The translations under genes and the position numbers were made by a program. Positions 22,403 through 35,341 of a stretch of 64,000 nt of DNA are shown here, one piece after another. Source of the stretch: Raja brachyura. Taxonomy: Eukaryota. Below the pieces are notes generated by a model. That model did not search any database and was not told where the DNA came from. It saw only the letters and a program-made list of their open reading frames with translations. Numbering within the stretch: position 1 is the first letter of the stretch; each line of letters begins with the position of its first letter. The DNA lies in assembly GCA_963514005.1 (NCBI GenBank), contig OY740791.1, positions 45,756,001-45,820,000 of the forward strand, read 5' to 3'.

Positions 22403-24868
22403 ATGAGGTATACAATACACATTTTGCTGAAATACCAACTGGTATGTTTCGTGTTCTCTCCATGGGATCTGTGTTCTGCTCAGATTCGATACTCTATTCC
22501 CGAAGAATTGCAACTGGGAGCGTTTGTCGGGAATATCGCTGCCGATTTCGGTTTAGATGTGAAGCAGCTGGCAGCTCGCGGTATACGAGTTGCATCCGGA
22601 CCGACTAAGCAGCATGTAGCTATAAATTTACAGAATGGCAATTTACTAGTGAATGCGAAGATCGACAGAGAAGAGCTTTGTGGACCGATCTTCGACTGCG
22701 TTTTATCCCTGGATTTGGTGCTGGAAAACCCATTAATCCTGTATCAAGTGGAGGTGGAGATTGTGGACATAAATGACAATGCACCCACTTTCCAGAAGAA
22801 CCAGATACGCCTGGAAATATCTGAGTTTGGCGCTACCGGAACTCGTTTTACTCTCGACTCCGCGCACGATCCGGACATTGGGACCAATTCTTTGCAAACA
22901 TATCAGCTCCTTCCCAACGAATATTTTTCTCTTGATGTTCAAATGCGCAGTGGTAAAGGAATGCTGCCAGTGCTGGTGTTGCAAAGGCCACTGGATAGAG
23001 AAGTTATATCAAAACACAGACTGACTGTAATAGCGAAGGACGGTGGTACTCCCGTGCGATCGGGCACTGTTCAGGTGATAGTAACTGTGAAAGACGTCAA
23101 TGATAATGCACCTGTCTTCCCTCAATCGGTGTATAGAGTTAATTTGCTGGAATCTGCTCCACCAGGAACTTTGGTTATCACGTTAAACGCCACCGACTTG
23201 GACGATGGTCCCAATGGAGAGATAACTTACTCCTTCAGTAGCCATAGTTCTCCTATAGTGCGTGAAGTATTCGAAGTGGATTCTAAAACCGGTGAAATCA
23301 GAGTTAGAGGTGTTTTGGATTACGAAGAAAACAGTGCCTTTGAGATTAACGTGCAGGCAATTGACATGGGGTATGGAGCAATACCCGAGCACTGTGATGT
23401 TTTGGTGAACATTATCGATGTGAATGATAACCCACCTGAGGTTGCGTTGAGATCGCGTTCAAGTGATATTCCTGAAGATGCCCCGCTTGAGACAATAGTG
23501 GCGTTATTCACCGCAGCCGATAAAGATTCAGGACAAAATGGACAGGTACAATGTCAAATTCCAGATCAACTGCCTTTTAAACTAGATTCATCCAAGAACA
23601 AATACTATAAATTGCTGACTGAACATGTACTGGATCGTGAAAATACCTCCAGGTATGATATTATTATCACATGCACGGATGCAGGCAACCCTTCGCTCAC
23701 CTCCGAGAGGGCAATGCGGGTAGAAGTGTCTGATATAAACGACAACGCCCCACGATTTACGCGGCCGGTGTACACTGCACGGATTAAGGAGAACAATGTA
23801 ATTGGGGCTTCCATGTTCTCGGTGACAGCCCTTGATCCAGATGTGGGAAATAACGCTCGATTAAATTATTCTCTAGCACCCACTCACTTCCAGAGCACCC
23901 CCTTATCGGCGTTTGTCTCTATTAATTCACAAAGTGGAGAAATATTTGCTCAGAGGTCCTTTGACTACGAACAAATCAAAGACTTTCATGTTAAGGTTCA
24001 CGTTCGTGATTCGGGTGTGCCACCACTCAGCAGTAACGTGTCATTGCACGTCGTTATCGCTGATCAGAATGACAACGCCCCAGTGATCGTCAATCCTTTA
24101 CCTGAATATGGCTCCACAGCAACAGAAACGATATCCCGCTCTGCAGAACCAGGATACTTGGTTTTAAAGATTTCGGCCACCGATGCGGACGCAGGAGAGA
24201 ACGCCCATCTCTCCTATCAGATTTTGCAAGCTACCAGCCCTAATCTTTTTACTATTTCAACACACACTGGTGAAATTTGGACTATCCGATCAATTGCAAG
24301 AACGGATGCATCGAAACAAAGGCTGAATATTGTCGTAACTGACAACGGAATTCCATCACTCTCAGCCAGCCTGGTGTTATTATTGAATGTAGTAGACAGT
24401 CATAGTGAAACGTTCTCCAGTGTCACCAGCTTGTCTCACCATACTGAGCTCACTCCTGATTTGACCCTTTCCTTAGTAATCGCCTTGGGGATAATCTCTG
24501 CAATTTTCCTGATGATTTTAATAATCCTTGCTTCCATACTTCACAACGATAGGAGCGGATTGAGAGACCAGCATTGTTTCGCTGGTGTCTGCTGCTGTTT
24601 GGAAACAAGACATTCTTTGAATGGAATTAAGAAAGCCAGCAGAAGCCTTCAGATACCACCGAACTATGTTGAGGTATTTGGCGGTGATCCACTTTCCCAG
24701 AGTTTCCGATACGAATCATGTTCAACATTGCAGTCAGCGAAGAGAGACTTCATCACCGCGAACACCTGCAAGTCATCCTTCGGTAACAATCGGGTCCAGA
24801 ATGGGCACATTGGGAATGAAAACACAAAAGTAATCAATACTGATAATTACAGTAAAGCTGTAACCGAG
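22403..24868 (+). CDS. Clustered protocadherin variable exon 3
   Basis: 826-aa ORF with full ectodomain, TM and cytoplasmic motif; in-frame donor GAG|GTGAGG at 24868/24869. Confidence 0.95.
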
Positions 24869-25714
24869 GTGAGGGTTTTCTAAACAAAGGGTGGACTCTA
24901 AAACTATGTGTTCCTTTGGGATTAACGTAAAAAGCAATACCACATCCCATTCATCGACCCGAACCTTTTAGTTTCTCTTCCCATAGATGTTGCTAACCTG
25001 ACGAGTATTCCTAGCATTGCCTGTTTCTATTTAAAATTTGATGCATCTGCAGTTGCATTTTTTTCTTCCAAAACGGAAACTCTTATTGTTGTCGAGTGAG
25101 CGGCGCCTTAACATATATATCGTGGAAATACCGAGTTTCAGTTCCCTGGAAGTTTCTGTTTGTTACCGCTGTGCATGCGTAATGTTTTATACTAATCTCT
25201 GGGGGAGCATGTTACTTCTTCTGTACACATTAACAAGTGGTCGCGTGACATCAACGGAATGTTGATAGTGGCAGCTGAAGCTGTTGCCTGATGCAGACCC
25301 GTCACCCTCCCCCCGTGTGACTTGATAGAGACGATTCTCGTCTCCAAATCACTTTGTTTAACTTCAAGTGTCGCTATTTGTAAAATTGCGAGCTACATGT
25401 GCTTTAGTACTGAGAATATTTAGCTCTGTAATTTGTAAATGTATAGGATAGATTTCTCCCGTGTCAAGCATAATATTTTGTCCCCCTTTCTGCAAACAAT
25501 TTCCACAAACAGATCTCTTGTGTCATTATAGCGCGGTTCTTTGCAGAGTCTGAGAGTTTTTCTCACCAAACATCAAGAAGTAATTTATTGGTTGCCGTAT
25601 GTGTCCGCAAATGGTCCAGGATTATTTAATGGTCTTAGAATAGCCCAAGTTGTAAAATGGTCGCCAATCTTTACGCATTATTTTGTTTGGCTTCCTGATG
25701 ATCCAAGGGCAAGG

Positions 25715-28120
25715 TCATAAGGAATACGAGTAGAATTAAGCCATTCGGCCCATCAAGTCTACGCCGCCATTCAATCATGGCTGATCTATCTCTCCCTCCC
25801 AACCCCACTCTCTAGTCTCTGACACCTGTACTAATCAAGACTATATCTGTCTCTGATAAAGATATCCACTGACTTGCCCTGCACAGCCTTTTGGGGCAAA
25901 GAATTCCACATATTCACCACCCTCTGACTGTAGAATTTTCTCCTCGTGTTCTTCTAAAAGAACGTTATTTAATTCGGAGGCTATGACCTCTATTCACAAA
26001 CTCTCCCCCTAGACATCCACTCCATCCAAGCCTTTCACTATTCTGTATCTTTCAATGAGGTTCTCCCTCATTCTTCTAAACTCCAGCTAGTACAATCCCA
26101 GTGCCGACAAGCGCGCATCATAGGTTAACCCACTCATTCCTGGGAGCATTCTTGAAAGTCTCCTCTGGACCATCTCGAGAGCCAGCACACCTTTCATCAG
26201 ATATGGTGCCCAAAATTGCTCACAATATTCCAAATGCGATCTCACTAGCGCCTTATAGAGCCTCAAAATCGGGTCCCTGTTTTTGTATATAAGCCCTCGT
26301 GAAATAAATGGTAGCATTGACTGCTTCCTTTACTACCGATTCGACTTGTAGCTTAACATTTTGAGAATCCTGCATCAGCACTCCCAAGTCCTTTTGCACC
26401 TCCGATTTCTGGATTCTCACCCCATTTAGAAAATAGTCTACGCGATTATTCCTACTACCAAAATGCATGACTCCACATTGCTACATTATATTCCATCTGC
26501 CACTTCTCTGTCCACTCTCCCAACCTGTCCAAGTCCTTCTGCAGAATCCCTGCTTTCTGTACACCAACTGCCCCTCCACTCTAGCTTCATCCGCAAACTT
26601 TGCCACAAAGCCTTCAATCCTCTCGTCCTAATCATTAATATACAACATGAAGAGTAGCGGGTCCAGCACGGACCCCTGCGGAACTCCACTAGTCACTGGC
26701 AGCCAATAAAAAAAAGCCCCCTTTATTGCCACTCTTTGTCTTCTGTTATCCAGCCAACCTGCCACCCACGCTAGTATCTGCCCTTTGATACCATGGGCTC
26801 TCATCTTCCTAAGCAGTCTGTCCTGCTATTTATTTATTCAAAGAATTCCAGCTAATATGTCAAGCAAGACCTCCCCTTCACAAAGCCATGTTGACTTCGG
26901 CCTATTTTATCGTAAACCTCTAAGTACTCCGTAACCCCATCCTTTATAATGGACTATAAAGTCTTACCAACCACCGAAATCAGTCTAACCGGCCTATAGT
27001 TCCCACTATTCTGCCTTGCTCCCTTTTTGTGCAGCCGGGTAATATTGGCAATTTTCCAATCATCTGGGTCCTGACTCCAGTGATTCCTGAAATATTACTA
27101 TCAATGTCTCTACATTATCTAAAGCCAACTCTTTCAGAACCGTAGGGTGCAGGCCATCCGGCCGAGGACACTTATGCCCGTTCAGCCCTTTCAGCTTCCC
27201 AAGCACCTTCTCCCTGGCAATGAGCAGCTACACGAACTACCATCCTCTGATTCTTGAATTTCAGGCACGTTGCTGGTGGCTTCCAATAGACAATAGGTGC
27301 AGGAGTAGGCCAGTGCCGCCATTGGAGTCAGCACCGCCATTCAATGTGATCATGGCTGATCATCCCCAATCAGTACCCCGTTCCTGCCTCCCCCCCCCCC
27401 CCCCCCCCCCACCCCCCATATCCCCTGACTGTAAAGATTGATGCAAAAAAGTTATTCCATTTCTTTATTTCCCATTATCACTTCTCCTGCATCACTCTCC
27501 AGCGGCCCAACGTCCCCACTTGCCCCTTTCTTGTTCTTTGTATTGTATAACAGAAGAAACTCTTGCTATCTTTTGTTGTATTATTGGCTAGCTTACCTTC
27601 GTGTTTCATCTTTTCTCCCCGTATTGTCTTTTTAGTTACCTATGTTGTTCTTTAAAAGCTTTCCAGTCCTGTGGCTTCCCACTAATCTTTGTTATGTTAT
27701 ACACCTTCTCTTTTAGTTTTACACTGTCCTTGACTTCCCGCGTCAACCACGGTCGCCTCTTTCTCCCCTTAGAATATTTCTTCCTCTTTGGAATGTAAAG
27801 ACCCCGCAACCTTTGCCCAGTTGCAATACCGACACATCCGATATCACCTTCTCCCTCTCAAATTGCCGATGAAAACTTATTATATTGTGGTCGATACATC
27901 CTAATAGTTCCTTTACCTTGAGTTCCCTGATCAAATCCGGTTCATTACATAACACTAAATCCAAATTTGCCTTTTCCCTGGTAAGCTCCACTACAAGCTG
28001 CATTAAGAATCCATCTCAGAGGCAGTCTACAAATTTGCTTTCTTGGGGTCCAGTACCAACGTGATTTTCACAGTCTACCTGCACATTGAAATCTCCCATG
28101 ACCACCGTAGCATTGCCTTT
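25715..28120 (-). mobile_element. CR1 LINE fragment(s) (RT C-terminus and 3' UTR) with a nested young CR1 tail at about 27284-27430
   Basis: ILRLYKALVRSHLEYCEQFWAP, QKDLGVL, NLDLVLCNEPDLIRELKV. The (CAATAGA)n-tailed insert splits host TTCCA|CTGTAAAG. Confidence 0.85.
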
Positions 28121-28959
28121 AATAATGGAAGTGCAAAGTGTTATCCTCGCAGTAAAATCAATTTCATATTCAGACCGTACGTATAGTCTCACAAAGGATC
28201 GCGCTAGTTGCCAACAGTTTTGCGCCTCAAGTTAACCTGTTTATCTCTATTCAATCATCAAATGTTGATGTAGTTGCCTTGTGCAAGATTTTCAATCCGT
28301 CGTAATTTCCCTCGAAAACAGGCTTGTGAGCTGCTGATAATGGCACATCACATTACCGTTCTGGGTACTCCTGGGGACGTGTTTAGTCAATGATTATGAA
28401 AATATTGTGAATTATTATCAGGTCAATAAACTGGGATGTGAGTAGATGGGATGTTTAGGGATGACGGTAATCTCATCATCCAGTAGGATGCCTACTGCTC
28501 CCAACGTTCTTACAGTAGAGACCGGGAGATGTTGTAGACTCTTCACGAAAAAGCCATTGAATCGTGAAGATCTCTCCTGTATGATAACATTACAACGTCC
28601 ACTGGTGCTTTAAGCCTTCACGCGCATTAAACAAAAGCGTTCGAGTAAATGTTTCGAATAAGGAGCCACAGTTTACGCAGTCTGTATGCATGATAACAGC
28701 CACGGATAACAATGTTATTGAAGCATTTATATTCTCCTTGAATGCGTCTGATCCAGAAATATGACAGAATAGAAGTGATATTTTTCATTTGAAACTCTGG
28801 GGTCATCAATCTCCTCTCGCGTATCCATTCAGTCTCATATTTGTGCCATTATTTCCCCTTATCTTTTGATTCGGAACAACAGGGAGAGGGGGAGTAGGTG
28901 AGGGGGTGGTCGGATTCCTCTGCTGCGGGATTCCGGAGTCCTACGGCACTCCATCAACG

Positions 28960-29140
28960 AGCAAAACGCAAAGAGCTGGAGGAGGTCAGGTAGCATCAGT
29001 TGAATTAATGTTCCATCCCGACACTTCTTCAGACTGAACAAGAGTCGCTAATCGAAATGTTTTCTGCCCATTCCCTCCACAGGTGTTGTCTAGCCCTTTG
29101 GATACCTCCAACACTTTGTTTTTATTTTAAGATCCCAGTA
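28960..29140. repeat. Old degenerate palindromic copy of the Penelope-like/HHR repeat
   Basis: CAAAGAGCTGGAGG...CTTCTTCAGACTGAACAAGAGTC...GAAATGT...CTCCAACACTTTG; same tail-to-tail layout as 1113-1302. Confidence 0.4.
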
Positions 29141-30764
29141 TCGGCTCCATTTCACTGCCCTCACTGTCATATAGAGAAAATGGTTGCCTCCAAACAGAGT
29201 TTGAAAGTTATGGTAAAAGATAACAGATTCCCTTTCCTTCCTTCCATTATCATGTATTATCTGTGACGGGGATGAATGTAAAATATACTCCAATGGTACT
29301 AGTTTTCTTCTCTGATTGTCCTGTTTTCACTCCTGAGTTAACCTCTTCCGTCGTGGACTTGGAGACCACATCTATAAAATGTATTTTAATTTTAATTTCC
29401 TCAGTGTTACGATTCAGAAAAATAGGAAAATTAGGAGAAGATAGCAGTGTTCCCGTGGTTCTCCGCTGTTGGTTTGATAGCTGGCATTTGTTCAGATGAA
29501 TTCGAAATGCCAGCGGACGCTTTTAGGTAACTGGAAACTACGATCAGGTATTGGGAGTTGCACCCCTTTCTCAGAGTTTTCGCTGTGAGTTATGTTCAAC
29601 GCTGCAGTCGACGAGTTTGCAGATACTCCACAGGCATGAATATAGTCTCCAACGAGCGTATCCGAAAGGTAAACAACTGACATGATGAATTCTATGACAT
29701 GCCGTTCCGAACTGAGCAGTGAAGAGAAGCTATCGTAAGGAAGGAGGAAAATCGTATTGGGCTTGAAATCAGATCGAACTGTTTTAGGGAATCGAAAATG
29801 GCTTGGTATAGAATTGGGACCTTTCTGCACAAGTGTCATTTTCCTACGTTTGTTTTTGAATTCTCGTTTATGTGCTATTAAATCTCCTGCAACTAGTTTT
29901 ATTGATGATTATAGTTTAAAACGGTTTAAACAGGGATCAACCAATGCTTTTGGATTACACTATAATATTTTAGCTATTTCTGAACATGCCCTATAATCTG
30001 GCCATTCAATTTGTAGTGGTCTGGTATATGAACCAGGGCAGATTTCAACCACCTCTCTTTATGAAGAGTGCGCAAAAAAATATCTACCATGGCACATTGG
30101 AGAAACCTATTGTTCAAACGGCTGTACTCCTTCAGGCCGCGTGGGTGGACGGAGAAAGCGGAAGTTATTATTAGTTTGCAGAGAGCAATGGTCTCAAGTT
30201 TATTATCCACGAGAGCGAAGTGGGTGGCACGGTGGCGCAACGGTAGTGTTCAGTAACATTACGGTTGTTTGCAGAAGCTGTTTTTGAACCTGTGCGGTAC
30301 AGTTTTCAGATTGCTATAACTTCTTTCCGTTGGCAGGAGTGAAATGAAAGTTGAGCGGGTCCTTTATGATGCTGGCTACTTTTCTGAGGCAGTGCCTCCT
30401 ATAGATCTCTTAAATTAAAAATAAATCTACCGTCAGATCATGATTGCACTGCTGGTAGCATTTCCATAATTTGCAACACAATGATATTCCCGAAGTATTT
30501 TCTCTTCTGAAAATGCTTCGGGTACTCCCGATACTGACGCGAAGCGCGCCACGAAATACAATCTATAATTTGTTTGATGCCTGTGATAGGTTAACTATGA
30601 TTGATCTCCATGGTTTCACCCTTTTATATTTTGGGAAGAGCTTTGTGCGCACACCTAACCACCAAATAAAAGCGACCAGCAGAAATTAATTCTCGTTTAT
30701 TTGGTTATCTTCTGGATGTTCATTTATCACTTTTATTCACTGTTGAGTTGTTTCAATACTGTTC

Positions 30765-31146
30765 ATAAGTTTTAGGAGAAGAATTAGGGCATTTGGCCCG
30801 TATGGTCTACTCCCCCATTCAGTCATGGTTAATCGATCTTACCCTCTCAACCCCATTCTCCCCATAACCATTGACACCCATACGAATAAAGAACCTGTCA
30901 ATCTCTACCTTCAAATATCAGTTGGCCTGGCCTCCACAGCCTACTGTGGCAATGGATTTCGCAGAATCGCCACCCTCTGACAAAAGCAATTCCACCTCAT
31001 CTCCTCTCTAAAGGTACGTCCTTATATTCTGAGGCTATGGCTTCTGGTCCTGGACTCTCCCACCAGTGGAAACATCTCACCACATCCACTCTGTCCAGGC
31101 CTTTCACTGTTCGTCCACTCTATACAGGCCTTTCGCTATTCGGTGC
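30765..31146 (-). mobile_element. CR1 LINE 3' fragment
   Basis: Homologous to 25715-26050 (GAATTAGGGCATT..., CCACCCTCTGAC, GAGGCTATG). Confidence 0.7.
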
Positions 31147-31726
31147 AACTATTTCACTATTTCACTATTTCTATTCCTATTTGCAAAGCATCTCAAACTG
31201 AAATGTTTTCCCATCGAAAACATGTCGCTGAATTTATTGTTTATCCTTAATTGCTCTTGAGATGTCAATAATCAACCACATTCTTAAATTACTGTTATCA
31301 ATATAATGGCCAGTACCGTCATGTATTTGTTTTAGGATTTTAACAGTGATTATTGTAATGGTTATTTCAAATCATAATATTTTGTCTGGAAGAATTTTGG
31401 ATATTACTACCCACGTTTGCATCCATTGCCATGGTTCGCTTAGATTTCTGATACAGAGATATCAAAGATTTTAAGCAGTGTATATGAGTCGTTGCAATAC
31501 ATTCTGGGAGGAAGGATGACTATTTTAGACGTTTGATGAAGTCCTTCAAAAGTCGAAAGCATAATCTTGGATGTTGCCATATTTTTTTAACGACGTGAAG
31601 TTACATGTTAAGCAGAAGGATATTACTCCATCACTATAACGAGCAGTAATGTATTGGATTGGAAAAGCTAATGACGAATCTATGCCTGGTACAAGTCCAC
31701 ATTGCGGCAAATCATTCCAAGTTTTA

Positions 31727-31823
31727 AGTCTGAAGAAGGGTCTCGACCCGAAACGTCACCCATTCCTTCGCTCCATAGATGCTGCCTCACCCGCTGAGTT
31801 TCTCCTGCTTTTTGCCTACCTTC
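31727..31823 (+). mobile_element. Penelope-like short repeat with intact minimal HHR core (31730-31757)
   Basis: CTGAAGAAGGGTCTCGACCCGAAACGTC followed by the same ~65-nt downstream segment as in 1240-1302. Confidence 0.7.
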
Positions 31824-31850
31824 CGAGTTTTAACTGGTACGTTCTGTTAC

Positions 31851-32140
31851 GTTTAGTTTAATTTAGAGATACAGCGCGGAAACAGGCCCTTTCGGGCCAC
31901 CGGGTCCGCGCCGACCTGCGATCCCCGAACATTAACACTATCCTCTACCCACTAGGGCCAACTTTACATTTACCAAGCCACTTAGAAGGAAACCGAAGAT
32001 CTCGGAGAAAACCCTCGCAGGTCACGGGGAGAACGTACTAACTCCGTACAGATGGCACCCGTAGTCGGGATCGAACCCGGGTGTCCGGCGCCGTATTCGC
32101 TGTAAGGTAGCAACTCTACCGCTGCGACACCGTGCCGCCC
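31851..32140 (-). mobile_element. tRNA-derived SINE (HE1-like)
   Basis: Reverse strand reads GGCGGCACGGTGTCGCAGCGGTAGAG (A box), GGGTTCGATCC (B box) and a (TAAAC)n tail. Confidence 0.8.
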
Positions 32141-33159
32141 CAAAGTTCTTGATCAAAAAATGAATGCGATTCCAGTCACGTGGGATGATTAAAAGCAAGC
32201 GTAGAATGGATAGCATGACATTGTTGGTGATGGTGAATACCCAATTGCTTCAATCCTTGATGGGCGTTTCTCACTGCATACTTGAAAGCAATGCGGGCCA
32301 GGGGTGCTCCATGTGATAATTATTGGCGCAGTGGGATGTTATGTTGTTGGTGGGCAAATATCCACATTTATATCCTTATGATAAAGCTTTGATGTGATAT
32401 CTGAATAGGAGTTGCCATGGCTGGCATGGGATCTGAGAACTCAATAATTTTGAAAGGAATAGCGGTTGGGCACAGAATCAAAACTAATGGGTTAATGTTA
32501 GTTCTTCGATATTAGTTTTTATGGCTGTCCCGGCTGTTTGCAGACAGTTTCTCACTCTTTGAAGATTTAATTTGAAACCATACATCTTCGCAGTTGCTTT
32601 TCATGCTGCCCGGTGCCAAGGGCATTTAAAAGATTAAAACGATTCTTGCAACATTGAGACCTGAGAAAGGTGGGAGTAAGGCGTTTGACATCCTTCAAAG
32701 GTTTCAGTTGGGCTTCTTGACGGGCAGCGTCGGAAAACTATTAATAAAACCTGTTGGTATCTGGACCTACAAAATACAGGCATGGAGACCACTACTGGCA
32801 TATTCGAATATCGGGCTTGACCAACCTTGTTTGAATAATTTCACGATGTACTCGACAATTATTCCTCCTCAAAATAGTTCAGATTGCACTTGCCTTCCTT
32901 TCCCAACGCACTTGTGTGGCTGATGGGATCCTAAATATAAAATGATACATGTTCTCAATACCCCTCCATGTAACCTTCAGTTCTGTGTTTCAGTAAGTAA
33001 ACCATTAAAGATGATTTCAACGTGAGAACACACTCACTTGATTTCAACGCATGCCAATGATATCTGCGGCAAACATTGCAGCGTGGACAGCGAAGATATG
33101 ACCGTAAATTAACAGAAACAAGCAACTAAGCACCTTTTTGTGCGATCTCGTCCACGAAA

Positions 33160-33478
33160 CGGCGCAGTGGCGCAGCGGTAGAGTTTCTGCCTAATAGCGC
33201 CAGAGTTCGATCTGTGCTGTCTGTACGAAGTGTGTACATTCTCCCTGTAACCGCGTGGGTTTGTACATTCTCCCTGTAACCGTTCCGGATTCCCCCCATA
33301 TTCCAAAGACGCACAGGTTTCTAGGTTAATTGGCTCTTTTGAAACTGACTTTTAAAATTGTAAAAACAAATCCCCAGTGTTCAGGATAATGCTACCGTGT
33401 AGGGTGATCGCTGCTCGGCGCGGACTAGATGGACCGAAGGACCTGTATACGCTGAATCACTAAAATCGAAAGTCTAAA
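33160..33478 (+). mobile_element. tRNA-derived SINE (HE1-like)
   Basis: GTGGCGCAGCGGTAGAG A box, GTTCGATC B box, 21-bp internal duplication (33233/33262), conserved 3' half. Confidence 0.75.
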
Positions 33479-34001
33479 TCCACTGACAGAGGCAGAAGTA
33501 CATATGGTGAACTTTGTGGTGGTAATTGTATATCATAACCTGAAATGTTATGCGGTCGAAATTAATAGTTTAGCAATAATGGAAATTACAGTTGAAATTC
33601 GTGATCAAGACAAGCATCCGTGTCATTAGCGGAGATACCGATATTATACAAATTAATAATATGCATTGGATGTGAAAGTTTGTGACAAGTTCTTTAAATC
33701 AAAGTGCCGAAGAGGCTTTCCCTTGCCGCTGTTACTGCGCAGTTAACTGACTATTTTCAGAATGTCCTGCTTTTATTTCATAATTCCAGTATCAAGTTTT
33801 TATAATAGTTTATTAATTAAAGGTAAAACGACAACATGAAGCTCAGTTCGAAAATTAAGTACATCTCAAGAACACCGTTCTTTGATGCATTGTGTGTCAT
33901 GAACGCATAGCCTGCTTTCCTCGAATGACGCACAATCGGCAATATGATTCCGAAATCAGAAAGGAATAATTATTGGAGTACCAATAATCGATTTTCTTTG
34001 A

Positions 34002-34778
34002 ATATAGACACAAAATGCTGGAGTAACTCAGCGGGTCAATAGACAATAGACAATAGGTGCAGGAGTAGGCCAAACGGCCCTTCGAGAAAGCACCGCCATT
34101 CAATGTGATCATGGCTGACCATTCCCAATCAGCACCCCGTTCCTACCTTCTCCCCATATCCCCTGACTCTGCTATTTTTAAGAGCCCTATCTAGCTCTCT
34201 CTTGAAAGCATCCAGAGAACCTGCCTCCGCCGTCCTCTGAGGCAGAGAATTCCACAGACTCACCACTCTCTGTGAGAAAAAGTGTTTCCTCGTCTCCGTT
34301 CTAAATGGCTTACTCCTTATTCTTAAAATGTGGCCCCTGGTTCTGGTCTCCTCCAACATCGGGAACATGTTTCCTGCCTCTAGCAGGAAGCCCTTAACAA
34401 TCTTATATGTTTCAATGAGATTCCCTCTCATCCTTCTAAACTCCAGAGTGTACAAGCCCATGCTCCATTCTCTCAGCATGTGACAGTCCCGTTATCCCGG
34501 GAATTAATCGTGTAAACCTACGCTGCACTCCCTCAATAGCAAGAATGTCCTTCCTCAAACTGCACGCAATACTCCAGGTGTGGTCTCACTAGGGCTCTGT
34601 TCAACTGCAGAAGGACCTCTTTGCTCCTATATTCGATTCCTCTTGTTATAAAGGCCAACATGCCATTCGCTTTCTTCACTGCCTGCTGTACCTGCATGCA
34701 GCATCGTGCATGCAGGGTCAGGCAGCATCTCTGAAGAAAAGGAATAGGTGACGTTTCAGGTCGAGACCCTTCATCAGA
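34002..34778 (-). mobile_element. Penelope-like/HHR repeat (core 34750-34777, CUGAUGA) split by a CR1 insertion
   Basis: Halves 34002-34038 and 34715-34778 rejoin into the repeat consensus; GGGTCA is duplicated at 34033-34038 and 34715-34720. Confidence 0.7.
34039..34714 (-). mobile_element. Young 5'-truncated CR1 LINE with (CAATAGA)n tail
   Basis: GLYTLEFRRMRGNLIETYKI...TRGH...FFSQRVVSLWNSLP is the CR1 ORF2 C-terminus. Confidence 0.85.
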
Positions 34779-34990
34779 TTTACTTTGTCGAGCTCAATGT
34801 GGCGCTGTCTTTTTCTGTTTATTTTCTCGCCATCAATAGTTTCTTCACACTTCATCTTTAACATATTACTTTAACTGGTTTCCAAGACCTCAAATCGACC
34901 GACTACTAATCAGAGAACAAAAAAACATCCGCAATGGTGAAATATATTTTTACTGTTGAGCAGTAAATATATGTTATTTGAGTAGTTCTT

Positions 34991-35112
34991 GCTTTAAGAA
35001 ACGTGCAGAGCCCTCATTGGTTGAATATCAAGGAGTTTCTGCACCAATCGGGAGCTGAGGTTTGATTAGTGATCTGGACAGCCCCCTTCACGACACAGCC
35101 GCCATCTCGTAA
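34991..35112 (+). promoter_or_regulatory. cPcdh promoter module 4
   Basis: GCTTTAAGAAA, CTCATTGG, CACCAATCGG, AGTGATCTGGACAGCCCCCTT (35068-35088), GCCGCCATCTCG. Confidence 0.75.
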
Positions 35113-35341
35113 GATCAGACACAATGAACACCCGATAGCGTGCAGCTCCGCGGGATTTTTACAGGAATACTCCAGCAACTGGGGACAACATGCGAGTGTT
35201 GGAATGAAATAAATCGAGAGATTCGCAAAAGGTACGAGTATATTCTGCACCCAGTGGTTCTTGTTAATACGAAATGAATGTTAAAGGAACAATGGAAAAA
35301 TCACTCTGCGCCTGAAACCATTGGAATGACTTCTACCGGCA

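Noticed and set aside
24685-24715. Possible WIRS (WAVE-binding) motif in LSQSFRY
   Set aside because: The residue two before S-F is Ser, not the required bulky hydrophobic residue.
28150-33900. Relic Pcdh exon or orphan promoter in the long exon 3-4 spacer
   Set aside because: No cadherin motifs or promoter module found by eye; a tBLASTn search would be needed to exclude a very decayed relic.
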